A stretch of DNA of 64,000 nucleotides from positions 108-64,107 of the forward strand of contig DAOUOW010000001.1 of the NCBI GenBank assembly GCA_030626475.1, given 5' to 3'. The translations under genes and the position numbers were made by a program. Positions 49,345 to 59,414 of the stretch are shown here, piece by piece. Numbering within the stretch: position 1 is the stretch's first letter; every line of letters begins with the position of its first letter. The stretch comes from Chloroflexota bacterium (GTDB lineage: Bacteria; Chloroflexota; Dehalococcoidia; E44-bin15). The notes below the pieces were generated by a model. The model worked only from the letters and a program-made list of their open reading frames with translations, ran no database searches and was not told the DNA's origin.

Positions 49345-49580
49345 TCCTTGGCCTCCAATGAGGCGCTTTCCTCGGTCAGTTCAGGCTTTGGGGCCTCGAT
49401 CTCGGTTACCGCTAATGTCCAACCGATCCAGAATGACAGTGCCAGCACTGCCAGGAAGCCGATCGCTACCGGAATCGCAACCGCCCAGTAGTTGCGGAGA
49501 GCAATCCCCCAGATGAAAGCGACCCCCACCAAAACAGTTCCCAAACAGATCACAACGCCTACTGTTCGAGACTTCTCCAT
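49341..49580 (-). CDS. Small two-TM membrane protein
   Basis: 79 aa, two hydrophobic segments, AGGAGG RBS. Confidence 0.7.
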   Translation of the reverse strand: MEKSRTVGVVICLGTVLVGVAFIWGIALRNYWAVAIPVAIGFLAVLALSFWIGWTLAVTEIEAPKPELTEESASLEAKD

Positions 49581-49600
49581 GCTTTATCATACCTCCTATT

Positions 49601-49783
49601 CTAACTGTGGAGCTGTGGCGGAAGCAGGTTGGGAATGCTATCCTCTATGGGATAGCTTACCAAGCATTTATTGCAGTAAAGAGAACCCTTGATCACTTCT
49701 CTTTCATCTTCTTCTTCAATGCTAAGTTCAAGGGAGCCCTTGCACAGCGGGCAAGCCAGGGTCTCCATGAGGTCTTTTTTCAT
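49601..49783 (-). CDS. Trm112-like protein
   Basis: LACPLCKG.L...L.C.KC...YPIEDSIPNLLP; GGAGG RBS. Confidence 0.9.
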   Translation of the reverse strand: MKKDLMETLACPLCKGSLELSIEEEDEREVIKGSLYCNKCLVSYPIEDSIPNLLPPQLHS

Positions 49784-49818
49784 TATCCCTCCTGTGTTAA
49801 AGGCTTAGGGCAAATAGA

Positions 49819-49895
49819 ATTCTACTTGATAGGGACTCGCCCCGTCAATATCGGCTCTCTCTGCCTTGACATTGCACTTCCCACACCGATAGAAT
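49819..49895. promoter_or_regulatory. Back-to-back divergent sigma70-type promoters
   Basis: Minus: TTGACG-18 bp-TAGAAT (49848-49819); plus: TTGACA-18 bp-TAGAAT (49866-49895). Confidence 0.55.
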
Positions 49896-49928
49896 GCCAG
49901 GGCTAGCATGGATTAAAAGGGGGACAAC

Positions 49929-50891
49929 GTGAAAAGGACGAGGGTCTGCGATCTGCTGGGCATCGACTATCCCATCATCCAAGGGGGGATGGCATGGGTT
50001 GCCAACGCTGAACTCGCTGCCGCCGTTTCCAACGCCGGGGCGCTGGGGATACTCAGTCCCAATGCTGGCATGAAGCTTGAAGCGGATGTGGTAGAGCATC
50101 TCAGGAGCCAAATAACAAAGACGAAAGGACTCACCGATAAGCCTTTTGGGGTGAACCTGCCGGTGCTGATTCCCGAGATCAAGGAGCTGATCGATGTACT
50201 GGTGAGCGAGGGGGTAAAGGTGGTCACCACCTCAGCGGGCAGCCCTGCCCCTTATACCGGCCTGCTGAAAGAGGGTGGGGTCACGGTTCTCCATGTAGCA
50301 GCCTCGGTGAGGCATGCCCTGAGCGCTGAGAGACAGGGTGTGGATGCCGTTATCGCCGAGGGGTATGAAGCTGGGGGGCACAACGGCTTCGATGAGCTGC
50401 CGACCATGGTCCTGGTCCCCCAGGTGGTGGACGCAGTGAGCGTTCCTGTGATAGCGGCGGGGGGCATCGCCGATGCCCGAGGCGTTGTCGCCGCCCTGGC
50501 TCTGGGTGCTGAGGGGGTTCAGATAGGCACTCGCTTTGTCGCCACCCATGAATGCATCGCCCATCAGAACTTCAAGGATGGCGTTGTGAACGCCAGCGAC
50601 ACCGGCACCATCATCACAGTGCGAAAGCTCGGTCCCGCCAGGGTATTAAAAGGCGAGTTTGCCTCCAAACTACAGGAGATGGAGGGCAGGGGGGCAACGC
50701 CTGAGGAGTTTCTGGCCTTCATAGGCATTGCCCGGGCGCGAACCGGGGAACTGGACGGCAACTTGATCGATGGCGAGGCATATTGCGGTGCCATAGCCGG
50801 GATGATCAAGGAGATCGTGAGTGCCGGCGATGTGGTGCGTGACATCGTGGAAGGCTATGCACAGGTGGTGGCAGGGCTAAAGGCGGATTAG
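49929..50891 (+). CDS. FabK / nitronate monooxygenase family flavoprotein
   Basis: PIIQGGMAW, VSNAGALG, EAGGH, AAGGIAD.RG, QIGTRF. Confidence 0.9.
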   Translation: MKRTRVCDLLGIDYPIIQGGMAWVANAELAAAVSNAGALGILSPNAGMKLEADVVEHLRSQITKTKGLTDKPFGVNLPVLIPEIKELIDVLVSEGVKVVTTSAGSPAPYTGLLKEGGVTVLHVAASVRHALSAERQGVDAVIAEGYEAGGHNGFDELPTMVLVPQVVDAVSVPVIAAGGIADARGVVAALALGAEGVQIGTRFVATHECIAHQNFKDGVVNASDTGTIITVRKLGPARVLKGEFASKLQEMEGRGATPEEFLAFIGIARARTGELDGNLIDGEAYCGAIAGMIKEIVSAGDVVRDIVEGYAQVVAGLKAD

Positions 50892-50913
50892 CGCAGATTC
50901 GTCCTTCTCCTGC

Positions 50914-52143
50914 CTACTGCTCTGCCTTGCTTTCCTGAATCAGACTCTCTCCATATTCCAGGAGCACCTTGCCATCCAGGCGCGTCTTCTTCGAATCCAG
51001 ATAGACCTTGAGCGCCTCCAATGGTGTCATCGCCTCGGCAGACCAGCCTGCCATCCGCGTACGGCGTTCTCGCTCCACTCCCCTGGCGATGGCGGCGATG
51101 AAGTGAGCATCTTTGAGCGCCTTGCGGACCTCCCCCTCCTGCAGCATCCCCTCCAGCCGCTCCGGGATTTTCACCTGAAGGCGCACTACGGCGTCCTTGA
51201 TCTCTCGCTCGCGGCGTTCGATGGCGCGCAGCACTGCCTGGGTGGGGTCTTGCTCCTCGGGGCTGACATCAACCTTGATGGTGAGAAACGGGCGCGCCTT
51301 CACCGCGTGGAAGTCGAAGGACACTTCCCCTTTTCGCTCTATCTCCACCAAGAAGAACCCCTTATCATCCTCCTCCTCGCTGAAGTCGATGCATTGCAGG
51401 CTGCCGGGGTAGACCACCGGCGGATTGTCGGAGAGGACCTGCTTCCTGTGGATGTGTCCCAAAGCAACGTAGTCAAAGGCGGGGTTGGCAACAACGCTGT
51501 GGAGCAGCACGTAGTCGTGGCCCATTATCATGCTCCGCTCCGAACCATACCTGGCATTGGACAGGGAAACATGGGCGGCAAGGATGGCGGGCAAGTTTGA
51601 GTCCAGCGTCTCGACCTCCACCCTGAGGCGCTCGGTCAGTATCTGCTCCAGCCTGTCATTGATCTCATCGAGGGTGAGATTCTTTGTCTCCTCCCTGGAG
51701 AGCAGGGCGCTTCTCCTCGCCCAGGGCAGGGCCACGATCTGGATAACCCCACCCTTTGTTTCCGCGCGGTAAGTCCCGGCGGTATTGGCCACGATAACAT
51801 TTTCAATCTCCAGCGTGCGGAAAATCTCCATCGTTGTGGCGCGGCCGAAGGCACTGGGGAGGTCGTGGTTGCCGATGAGAAGGAAGACGGGGATGCCGCC
51901 CGATGCCAGCCTCCAGATGCGGCGGGCAAACTCTCGCTGGTGGGTCTGGGAGGGCTCGCGGCTCTTGTAAGCATCGCCGCAGAAGAGCACCAGGTCAACA
52001 TCCTGGCTCAGGGCGTATTCCACCACCTCATCGAAGGTGGAGAGGAAGTCGTGGAAGCGCCACGAGAGCCCGGTCTCGGTGTTGACGCCCCCGCTGTAGT
52101 TCTCCACCCCGAGGTGCAGGTCGGCGAAATGAAGGATTCTCAT
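50914..52143 (-). CDS. sbcD: SbcD/Mre11 nuclease
   Basis: HFADLHLG, GD, GNHD, ALGHIH, YPGS. Confidence 0.93.
   Translation of the reverse strand: MRILHFADLHLGVENYSGGVNTETGLSWRFHDFLSTFDEVVEYALSQDVDLVLFCGDAYKSREPSQTHQREFARRIWRLASGGIPVFLLIGNHDLPSAFGRATTMEIFRTLEIENVIVANTAGTYRAETKGGVIQIVALPWARRSALLSREETKNLTLDEINDRLEQILTERLRVEVETLDSNLPAILAAHVSLSNARYGSERSMIMGHDYVLLHSVVANPAFDYVALGHIHRKQVLSDNPPVVYPGSLQCIDFSEEEDDKGFFLVEIERKGEVSFDFHAVKARPFLTIKVDVSPEEQDPTQAVLRAIERREREIKDAVVRLQVKIPERLEGMLQEGEVRKALKDAHFIAAIARGVERERRTRMAGWSAEAMTPLEALKVYLDSKKTRLDGKVLLEYGESLIQESKAEQ
52093..52143. repeat. 51-bp perfect direct repeat, copy forming the 5' end of sbcD
   Basis: Identical to 52667-52717. Confidence 0.95.
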
Positions 52144-52173
52144 TGTCTCAAGCGAAGAGAGGCATTATAGGAA

Positions 52174-52406
52174 TTACGTTCGACCGATAGATTGCAAAAA
52201 CTCTTCCTCGGCAATCTCAAGCTGTCTTAGGATGTCGGAGAGCAAGTAACGGCTGATAGTCTTAGCAGGGTGAATGGGAATCGGGGCGCGGCGACAGTCC
52301 CGATGATGAAATATTGCTGACCACCCTTTTGTCGCACCCTCTCGAACCCCAGCGCCTGAAGTCCCCTGATAACTTCTCGAGTTTTAAGTGAGGGTGGCTT
52401 TGTCAT
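52174..52406 (-). pseudogene. hicA: HicA toxin, frameshifted
   Basis: MTKPPSLKTREVIRGLQALGFERVRQKGG, then in the other frame AIFHHRDCRRAPIPIHPAKTISRYLLSDILRQLEI; 1-nt loss near 52318. Confidence 0.85.
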
Positions 52407-52615
52407 ACCGCAATAGTAACCTGTCTGGTACCAACTTCCTGCGGGATTTCCTCGCCGCGGTCTTTGCGGTATTCAAGGCAAAGCTCGAGCGCCTCTTTAA
52501 TATTAGCCAGGCATTCTTCATAGGTCTTGCCCTGGGCGTGGGCTTCCGGAATAAGAGGGCAGCTAGCTATATAGAATCCGTCGGGTGCCTTCCTGATGAT
52601 GACAGTGTATTCCAT
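52403..52615 (-). CDS. hicB: HicB-family antitoxin (short, no DNA-binding tail)
   Basis: YTVII....GFYIASCP.IP..HAQGKTYEECLANIKEAL; GAGGTG RBS; ATGA overlap with hicA. Confidence 0.9.
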   Translation of the reverse strand: MEYTVIIRKAPDGFYIASCPLIPEAHAQGKTYEECLANIKEALELCLEYRKDRGEEIPQEVGTRQVTIAV

Positions 52616-52634
52616 ACCCACCTCTACAGCGTAT

Positions 52635-52643
52635 ATTATAGCA
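52635..52643 (-). promoter_or_regulatory. Extended -10 promoter for hicBA
   Basis: TGCTATAAT about 20 nt upstream of hicB ATG. Confidence 0.55.
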
Positions 52644-52666
52644 CAGTTGCGGTGAAGGTGCCCAGA

Positions 52667-52717
52667 GCTGTAGTTCTCCACCCCGAGGTGCAGGTCGGCG
52701 AAATGAAGGATTCTCAT
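52667..52717. repeat. 51-bp perfect direct repeat (stranded copy of sbcD codons 1-17)
   Basis: Identical to 52093-52143. Confidence 0.95.
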
Positions 52718-52721
52718 GCGG

Positions 52722-53108
52722 TCAATCCAAAAGCCTCTTCTCGCCCTCTATGGTCTTGATGTCCGTTATATCCTGGGTGACCTCAAGGCAACCGATGTAG
52801 CTCCCCGACTTGTCCCTGACGGGGAAGTAGCGTATCAATATCATCCGCCCCTTGAGGTTGATCCAGAACTGGGCAACATCCCTTTTCCCTGCCTTAAAAT
52901 CGTCAAGTATTTGCTGTACCTTATGCACGCTTTTCTGGGGATGGCAGTTCTGGACCTTCATGCCGATGACCGAAGGGGTCCTCCTGAAGATGCGCGCCTC
53001 TCCCTTGCTGTAGTACATTACAATGTCGTCCTTATCGACAAAGGAGCATTCAATCGGCAGCGCATCGAAGATGTTGGCGATGGTCTCAGTTGACAGTTTG
53101 TCCAGCAT
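52722..53108 (-). CDS. Stand-alone PAS-domain protein (PAS_10/DUF438-associated type)
   Basis: LPIECSFVD, IF.RTPSVIG..VQNCHP.KS, YFPVRD..G.Y.GCLEVTQDI. Confidence 0.85.
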   Translation of the reverse strand: MLDKLSTETIANIFDALPIECSFVDKDDIVMYYSKGEARIFRRTPSVIGMKVQNCHPQKSVHKVQQILDDFKAGKRDVAQFWINLKGRMILIRYFPVRDKSGSYIGCLEVTQDITDIKTIEGEKRLLD

Positions 53109-53400
53109 GGTCCTCCTCCTTTGGTGATTGAGCCGCCAGCCGCTTCGAGACCTCGGCCTGGCTCAGCCCGCTGACGCCGATGACCTTCCTCCTGCTGGCA
53201 GCGCCCTTCTCCAGCGTTATGCTGCCCCTGCTCACCTTCAGAAGCTGGCTCAGGAACTCGATAAGCTCCCTGTTTGCCCTGCCCTTCACCGGCGGCGCTG
53301 CGATTTTGACCTTCAGCACGCCATCCTCAAACCCCAGCACCTCATTGCACCTGGCGTTGGGCTGGACCTGGACGGTGATATTAGTCTCCTTCAGCCTCAA
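53086..53400 (-). CDS. DUF167 / YggU (UPF0235) protein
   Basis: VQPNA, APPVKGRAN.EL, KG..SR.K. Confidence 0.9.
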   Translation of the reverse strand: MRLKETNITVQVQPNARCNEVLGFEDGVLKVKIAAPPVKGRANRELIEFLSQLLKVSRGSITLEKGAASRRKVIGVSGLSQAEVSKRLAAQSPKEEDHAGQTVN

Positions 53401-54556
53401 ATCCTATGATACCCCCTTGAGCGGAGGCCTGCCGAATGAGAAAGTTGTCACAGAATTCTTCCAAACCGAAACAGAGTGCCCACGGTCATGACTTTATTCT
53501 GCAACTCAACAGACTTACCTGTGAGCACATCCTCGAAAATGTATCTATCAATGTTGTTTTCACCAATTAGGTCTGTACCCACCCGCCTAAGTTCAACTAT
53601 TATAAATAGTGCCCTTCGCACAATATCTTCCAGTTGAAGCACGTTAGAGATAAACCACTGCCTAGCTTCGTTCCTAGTCCTTCTTGCACCATGTACCAAG
53701 TTACTTCGGTGCCCGTACGCCTCCTTGATGAAACCGACAGTTTTGTACAGATTTGCGCTACCAAATTCCAATATACAGCTTGTCCTATATGCCAACTTGA
53801 AACGAATACTTTCTGGACCTTGGCTAAATAAAGACTCGAGGCAGGTGATAAGGTTCAGACCCCTCTCAATAGCATCAGCCTTGTAAAATGAGTCTCGGAA
53901 TATCTCCATGGGAACCTGATAAGGAGCTAAATCCGCAGTAGATACTTCATCTGCCAACCTAGTCAGAAAATCGCAGTCCTGCTCTGTAAGTTTAACTATA
54001 ACGCTCTCCCCATAAGGCTCAGGCATTGGCTGATCAAGCCCGCTCCGGGATACCGCATTTCTATCGCCCCCTTGAAGTTTAGCAGGGAGCATTATGATTC
54101 TCGCTTTCGTGCCAAGCCGCAGTGGTAGGATGGCTCTTTCGAGTTCATCTCTTGCTTGACCACGGAAGACGCTCAGTGCAGCAGCGCCAGTAGCAACTAC
54201 CGATCCCGACCCAGATACAGCAACTCCCCCGGTATCTCCTTCGAGTGCACCACTCAGGCTATCCACTTCAATGTCAACAAGGTATTTGACAACATCTCTA
54301 TCAATTTGTCGCTGTCCTCCAACATCTTTGTACAAAGTAATATTCGCACCCGGGCTATGCCCAAAATCCTCCCCCGCGACGATCGGATTTTTGAAAACCC
54401 TGCCATCCCCCAAATACAGCTCATTAATGGCGGGAGGCAATTCTATTCCGAAGAGAGTTCCTATCAATGTCAGCCTCACCAAACCGCTCCCCTCTACGTT
54501 ATTCCAATAACAGCCCCGGGCCAGATTCAACGTCTCTCCACTCACCCCTCAAATCC
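53395..54556. mobile_element. Single-gene AT-richer insertion bounded by 10-bp direct repeats
   Basis: CCTCAAATCC at 53395-53404 and 54547-54556, at the glyQS/DUF167 junction. Confidence 0.6.
53448..54545 (-). CDS. Apea-like HEPN domain protein (putative RNase)
   Basis: LITCLESLF...FKLAYR...[11 protein letters not shown] pattern; GTG start overlaps glyQS stop. Confidence 0.7.
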   Translation of the reverse strand: MSGETLNLARGCYWNNVEGSGLVRLTLIGTLFGIELPPAINELYLGDGRVFKNPIVAGEDFGHSPGANITLYKDVGGQRQIDRDVVKYLVDIEVDSLSGALEGDTGGVAVSGSGSVVATGAAALSVFRGQARDELERAILPLRLGTKARIIMLPAKLQGGDRNAVSRSGLDQPMPEPYGESVIVKLTEQDCDFLTRLADEVSTADLAPYQVPMEIFRDSFYKADAIERGLNLITCLESLFSQGPESIRFKLAYRTSCILEFGSANLYKTVGFIKEAYGHRSNLVHGARRTRNEARQWFISNVLQLEDIVRRALFIIVELRRVGTDLIGENNIDRYIFEDVLTGKSVELQNKVMTVGTLFRFGRIL

Positions 54557-55900
54557 AAGCCAGTAGCTGCCGCCGGGGGGGAGGACTTCCAGGGGCTCGC
54601 CGGCAAGCTTGGCTGCCAGGCTGTTCCTTAGCTCGGCTACCGGCACCCTTATCTGCTTCATGCTGTCGCGGTCGCGGATGGTTACCTGGTTGTCTTCCAG
54701 CGATTGAAAGTCTATGGTGACGCACAAGGGGGTGCCGATCTCGTCCTGCCTGCGGTAGCGCCTGCCAATGCTCTGGGCATCATCGTACTGGGTCATGAAG
54801 CGCTGGCGCAGGTCGGCGTAGACTTCACTGGCCATGGGGAGCAGCGCCTCGTTGCGGCTCAAGGGGAGGATGGCAACCTTCACCGGCGCCAGGTCGGGAT
54901 GGAGGCGGAGGAGGACCCTGATCTCATCCTTGTCCGGCTCCTCATCGTAGGCATCGACGAGGAAGGCGAGGGCAGAGCGGTCCACTCCCGCCGAGGGCTC
55001 GATGACATAGGGGATGTAGCGCTCCTCGCTGTCGGGGTCAAAGTAGCTGAGGTCGCGGCCGCTGGATTGCCAGTGCTGGGTGAGGTCGAAATCGCCCCTG
55101 TTGGCGATGCCCTCCAGCTCCGCCCACCCCATGGGGAAAAGGTAATCGATATCGTAGCAATCGCGGGCATAGTGGGCTAGCTCATCCTTGGCATGCTGGC
55201 GGAGGCGGAGGTTCTCCTTGCTGATGCCCAGCTTGACATACCAGTTCAAGCGCTCCTCAAGCCAGTATTTGAGCCACTCCTCATCAGTTCCCGGCTTGAC
55301 AAAGAACTCCACCTCCATCATCTCAAACTCGCGGCTTCTGAAGATGAAGTTGCCGGCGGTGATCTCGTTCCTGAAGGCTTTGCCGATCTGGGCGATGCCG
55401 AAGGGCAGCTTCTTCCTCGCCGTATCCAGTATATTGGCGAAGTTGACGAATATGCCCTGCGCCGTCTCCGGGCGCAGATAGACCACCTGCGCCTCCTCCT
55501 CAACGGCGCCGAAGAAGGTCTTGAACATCAGGTTGAACATGCGCGGCTCGGTGAGCTCGCCGCCACAGTCGGGGCATTTGCCATCCTTGGCTTCGTCGGC
55601 GCGCCACCGCTGATGGCAGGCCTTGCATTCCACCAATGGGTCCTTAAACCCCTCCACGTGCCCGCTGGCAACCCATGTCCTGGGGTGCATCATGATGCTG
55701 GAGTCCAGACCCACCATGTCATCCCTTTCCTGAACCATAGAGCGCCACCAGGCGTCCTTAATATTACGCTTTAGCTCGATTCCCAGCGGTCCATAGTCCC
55801 AGCAAGCGGAGAGCCCGCCATAAATCTCGCTGGAAGGGAAGATAAAGCCCCGCCGCTTGCAAAGTGAGACCAGCTTCTCCATATCAACCTTGCTTGTCAC
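54542..55900 (-). CDS. glyQS: Glycine--tRNA ligase, dimeric (alpha2) type
   Basis: [55 protein letters not shown] before GTG 55900. Confidence 0.96.
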   Translation of the reverse strand: MTSKVDMEKLVSLCKRRGFIFPSSEIYGGLSACWDYGPLGIELKRNIKDAWWRSMVQERDDMVGLDSSIMMHPRTWVASGHVEGFKDPLVECKACHQRWRADEAKDGKCPDCGGELTEPRMFNLMFKTFFGAVEEEAQVVYLRPETAQGIFVNFANILDTARKKLPFGIAQIGKAFRNEITAGNFIFRSREFEMMEVEFFVKPGTDEEWLKYWLEERLNWYVKLGISKENLRLRQHAKDELAHYARDCYDIDYLFPMGWAELEGIANRGDFDLTQHWQSSGRDLSYFDPDSEERYIPYVIEPSAGVDRSALAFLVDAYDEEPDKDEIRVLLRLHPDLAPVKVAILPLSRNEALLPMASEVYADLRQRFMTQYDDAQSIGRRYRRQDEIGTPLCVTIDFQSLEDNQVTIRDRDSMKQIRVPVAELRNSLAAKLAGEPLEVLPPGGSYWLGFEG

Positions 55901-55942
55901 TCCATGCTCCTGAGGTAAGGTTTTTGCAGATGGGCTTAGCAA

Positions 55943-55971
55943 AAGTTACCAGTTTTGCCGTCAAATGTCAA
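55943..55971 (-). promoter_or_regulatory. sigma70-type promoter for glyQS
   Basis: TTGACA-17 bp-TAACTT with TGn. Confidence 0.5.
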
Positions 55972-56013
55972 AGACTTGACACGGGCAGTGGAAATAGCCA
56001 AAAATAGGGGTTG

Positions 56014-56643
56014 ATGATTTTAAGAGCGCTAGAACTGGGCATGTTCGCCTCCAACTGCTATATTGTGGGGTCGGAGGCGACCAAGGAAGGCATGATCATC
56101 GACCCCGGCGCTGAAGGCGATTCCATACTGGAGCATGTGACAGAGCTTGGACTTGACATAAAGCTCATCGTGGTTACCCATGCCCATATCGATCACATTG
56201 GGGCGCTGCGTGCGGTCAAGGAGGCCACCGGGGCCACATTCGCCATCCATGAGGCAGACGCTAACCAGAAAGTATTGCAGGGCATGGCTCGCATGATGGG
56301 GATGGTGTCTCGCTCCTCTAGTCCGCTGCCGAAGCCAGATAGATTGCTTAAGGAAGGCGACACTTTAGAGATTGGTGACCTGAGCTTCACCGTTATCCAT
56401 ACGCCGGGTCACAGCCCTGGGGGGATTTCCATTTACGGGCATGGTATAGTCTTCACCGGCGATACCCTGTTCAATTTTGGTATTGGCAGGACAGACTTCC
56501 CCGGCTGCAGCCATGAAAAGCTGATGGACAGCATCAACAGCAAACTTATGACATTGCCCGATGAGACCGCAGTTCTCCCCGGTCACGGGCCGCACACCAC
56601 CATCGGCACCGAGCGCCGGTATAACCCCTTCCTGCGGGATTAA
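56014..56643 (+). CDS. MBL-fold metallo-hydrolase (glyoxalase II-like)
   Basis: THAHIDHIG, HTPGHSPG, FTGDTLF, PGHG. Confidence 0.93.
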   Translation: MILRALELGMFASNCYIVGSEATKEGMIIDPGAEGDSILEHVTELGLDIKLIVVTHAHIDHIGALRAVKEATGATFAIHEADANQKVLQGMARMMGMVSRSSSPLPKPDRLLKEGDTLEIGDLSFTVIHTPGHSPGGISIYGHGIVFTGDTLFNFGIGRTDFPGCSHEKLMDSINSKLMTLPDETAVLPGHGPHTTIGTERRYNPFLRD

Positions 56644-58685
56644 CCAAGGAGTCCGGTCACATCCACCAGGACCGGAGCCAAGACCAGCGATACTATGGAC
56701 ATCAACTTTATCATTATATTCAGGGACGGCCCCGAGGTATCCTTGAACGGGTCTCCCACGGTGTCACCGACCACTGCTGCCTTATGAGCATCCGACCCCT
56801 TCCCCCCGTAGCTACCCCTCTCTATCCACTTCTTGGCATTATCCCAGGAGCCGCCAGCGTTGGCCATCATTACCGCAATCAGGAATCCGCTAGCGATGGC
56901 CCCAATTAGAAACCCGGCTAACGCCACTGGCCCTAATACAAAGCCGATAATGATAGGAGCGGCCACGCACATCAAGCCAGGAGCGAGCATCTCCTTCAAA
57001 GCTGCCTTGGTGCAGATATCAACACACCTGCCATACTCAGGCCTGGCCTCACCTTCCCACAGCCCCTTTATCTCGCGGAACTGGCGGCGCACCTCATTTA
57101 TTATGTGGAACGAGGTTCTGCCCACCGCATTGAGGGTCATGGCACAGAAGACCGCCGGCAGCATGACACCCAGAAGTAGCCCCGCTATCACCCCGATATC
57201 CAATAGCTGGATCTCTTCGATGTCAATCCCCACTGCTTGAGTATAGGCTAACATGAGGGCCAGGGCGGTAAGGGCTGCTGACCCGATGGCAAATCCCTTG
57301 CCCGTTGCCGCAGTGGTATTGCCCAGGGAATCCAGGGCATCGGTGCGCTCTCTGATCTCCGGCGGCAGCCCTGACATCTCCACGATTCCACCAGCGTTAT
57401 CGGCCACAGGTCCGTAGGCATCGGTGGCTAGGGTGATGCCCAGTGTGGAAAGCATGCCGATGCCAGCAATGGCGATGCCGTAGATGTCGGCGAATTCGTG
57501 GGCCACGATGATGGCGATGACCACTATGATAATAGGGGGCATGGTGCTCAGGAGGCCATTGGCAAATCCTCTGGTTATATTCGTTCCCGCCCCTGTCTGG
57601 GAGGCCTCCGAGATGCGGCGCGTCGGCGAGTAGCTGTAAGAGGTGAAGTAGTTGGTGCTCTCCCCGATGAGGACGCCAGCAATGAGACCGGCGAGAACAG
57701 CCCACAGTATCCCCCAGTTAGCATCAAGAATATGTATCGCTAGCGCGGCAAAGCCGGCAGTCATAATCGATGCCGCAAAGGTGCCACGACGAAGGGCACC
57801 GAGCAGCGCCCTCATCTCCGGCTTTTCGCCCACCCGGACCAGGAAGACCCCGATAATCGAGGCTATTATCCCCCCTGTCGCTATCATCATCGGCAGCCAC
57901 CATGCCGTCTCCGCATCGGGAACCAGGGATTTATCCAAAGTGGTGGAGAAAACTGCTATCATGCCCAGCGCCATAGTAGCAATGATGGCGTCCACATAAG
58001 ACTCAAAGAGGTCGGCACCCATGCCAGCCACATCCCCCACATTATCGCCGACAAGGTCGGCGATGACAGCAGCATTCCTGGGGTCGTCCTCGGGGATACC
58101 CTTTTCCACCTTCCCCACCAGATCAGCCCCGGTATCCGCTGCCTTGGTATAGATGCCGCCGCCGACCCGGGCGAAGATAGCCACTGCTGACGCGCCGAAG
58201 CCAAAGCCGGGGATGATCTCAAGGAAATCGACTCTGTTATTGAAGGCGAAGTAAAGGATGCTCAAGCCCACGATGCCTATGCCGACGACGGTGATCCCCA
58301 TCACCGCGCCGCTGCGGAAGGAAACCCTCAGCCCCTGGTTCAGGCTAGTCTGGGCGGCGGCAGCCGTTCTGGCATTGGACCTTATCGCCATGTTCATTCC
58401 GATAAATCCAGCAAGCCCGGAACAGAGGGCGCCGAAAACGAAGGCTAAGGAAACCCACCAACCAAGATGGGGGATGAGTCCAAGAGCGATGGCCACAACC
58501 ACTACAAATACGGCCAGAGTTCGATATTCCCGCCCCAGGAAAGCCAGGGCGCCTTCCTTGATCGCCGCCGATATCTCCCTCATCCGCTCTGAGCCCTGAT
58601 CCTGCCTTAAGACGTAGGATGCCAAAAAGGCAGCAAAAGCAAGCCCCAGAACCCCTGCTATCACTGCCAGAAATATAGCATCCAT
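56640..58685 (-). CDS. hppA: Membrane pyrophosphatase, K+-dependent (probably Na+-translocating)
   Basis: [42 protein letters not shown]. Confidence 0.95.
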   Translation of the reverse strand: MDAIFLAVIAGVLGLAFAAFLASYVLRQDQGSERMREISAAIKEGALAFLGREYRTLAVFVVVVAIALGLIPHLGWWVSLAFVFGALCSGLAGFIGMNMAIRSNARTAAAAQTSLNQGLRVSFRSGAVMGITVVGIGIVGLSILYFAFNNRVDFLEIIPGFGFGASAVAIFARVGGGIYTKAADTGADLVGKVEKGIPEDDPRNAAVIADLVGDNVGDVAGMGADLFESYVDAIIATMALGMIAVFSTTLDKSLVPDAETAWWLPMMIATGGIIASIIGVFLVRVGEKPEMRALLGALRRGTFAASIMTAGFAALAIHILDANWGILWAVLAGLIAGVLIGESTNYFTSYSYSPTRRISEASQTGAGTNITRGFANGLLSTMPPIIIVVIAIIVAHEFADIYGIAIAGIGMLSTLGITLATDAYGPVADNAGGIVEMSGLPPEIRERTDALDSLGNTTAATGKGFAIGSAALTALALMLAYTQAVGIDIEEIQLLDIGVIAGLLLGVMLPAVFCAMTLNAVGRTSFHIINEVRRQFREIKGLWEGEARPEYGRCVDICTKAALKEMLAPGLMCVAAPIIIGFVLGPVALAGFLIGAIASGFLIAVMMANAGGSWDNAKKWIERGSYGGKGSDAHKAAVVGDTVGDPFKDTSGPSLNIMIKLMSIVSLVLAPVLVDVTGLLG

Positions 58686-58714
58686 ATATCGACCTCCTTA
58701 TACTTTTCTCGGTG

Positions 58715-59410
58715 CTAATCCCCCCTTTTTCGCCTACCCCCTCGAGGTGGCTTTTCGGGTTCTGGGAAAGGCTCCAGCCTCTGATTAAAGGAATCCAGTT
58801 TTTGCTCCAGTTCTCTCTGTCTCAAGCTGACGGTGAGGTCACCGCGGGTCCTCTCCAGAATGCCACGCACGATGTCAGTGGTTCTTCTCAGCCCCCCGGT
58901 TACAGCATCGGGGAAGTCCATGGTCACCAGCACCCCGTAGACGTCATCCATGATCGAAAGTAGCTCCTCGCAACGGGAGATCTCCCCCCTCCTGGTGCAA
59001 TCGAGGAGATGGCGGCGCAGTTCACCCACTGCTTCCCCCATCCCGTTGAGGTAAGAAGCGTAGCTCACGCCCAGCTCATCGGGGTCAGGAAAATCGCCTC
59101 CGGCGATCAGGGCGTGCGTGACGCAGCCCTCGACATATTCCTTCTGGGCATTGTAGACAAAACCAGCATCCAAGAGCTCCTGGTGCTTGCTCAGGGTCTT
59201 GTCTAGATCCCTAAGCAGGAGGCGGGCCGACGCCAGCAGGTTTTGAGACTCTTCATACTGGCCGCGGTGGACGGCGCGGATGGCGTTGGTAGAGTAGCGC
59301 AGAACCTCCCGGCACAGCTTAAGGGACTTCTCCCGGGCAGCATCCTTAGCAGCCAAATTTTTTCGCGCCTTCTCCCCGATTAGATCCAGCCTTTCTGTTA
59401 GTGTTCCCAT
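58715..59410 (-). CDS. Translin-family protein
   Basis: AIRAVHRG, QKEYVEG, YLNGMGEAVGELRR, GLRRTTD. Confidence 0.88.
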   Translation of the reverse strand: MGTLTERLDLIGEKARKNLAAKDAAREKSLKLCREVLRYSTNAIRAVHRGQYEESQNLLASARLLLRDLDKTLSKHQELLDAGFVYNAQKEYVEGCVTHALIAGGDFPDPDELGVSYASYLNGMGEAVGELRRHLLDCTRRGEISRCEELLSIMDDVYGVLVTMDFPDAVTGGLRRTTDIVRGILERTRGDLTVSLRQRELEQKLDSFNQRLEPFPEPEKPPRGGRRKRGD

Positions 59411-59414
59411 TTAT

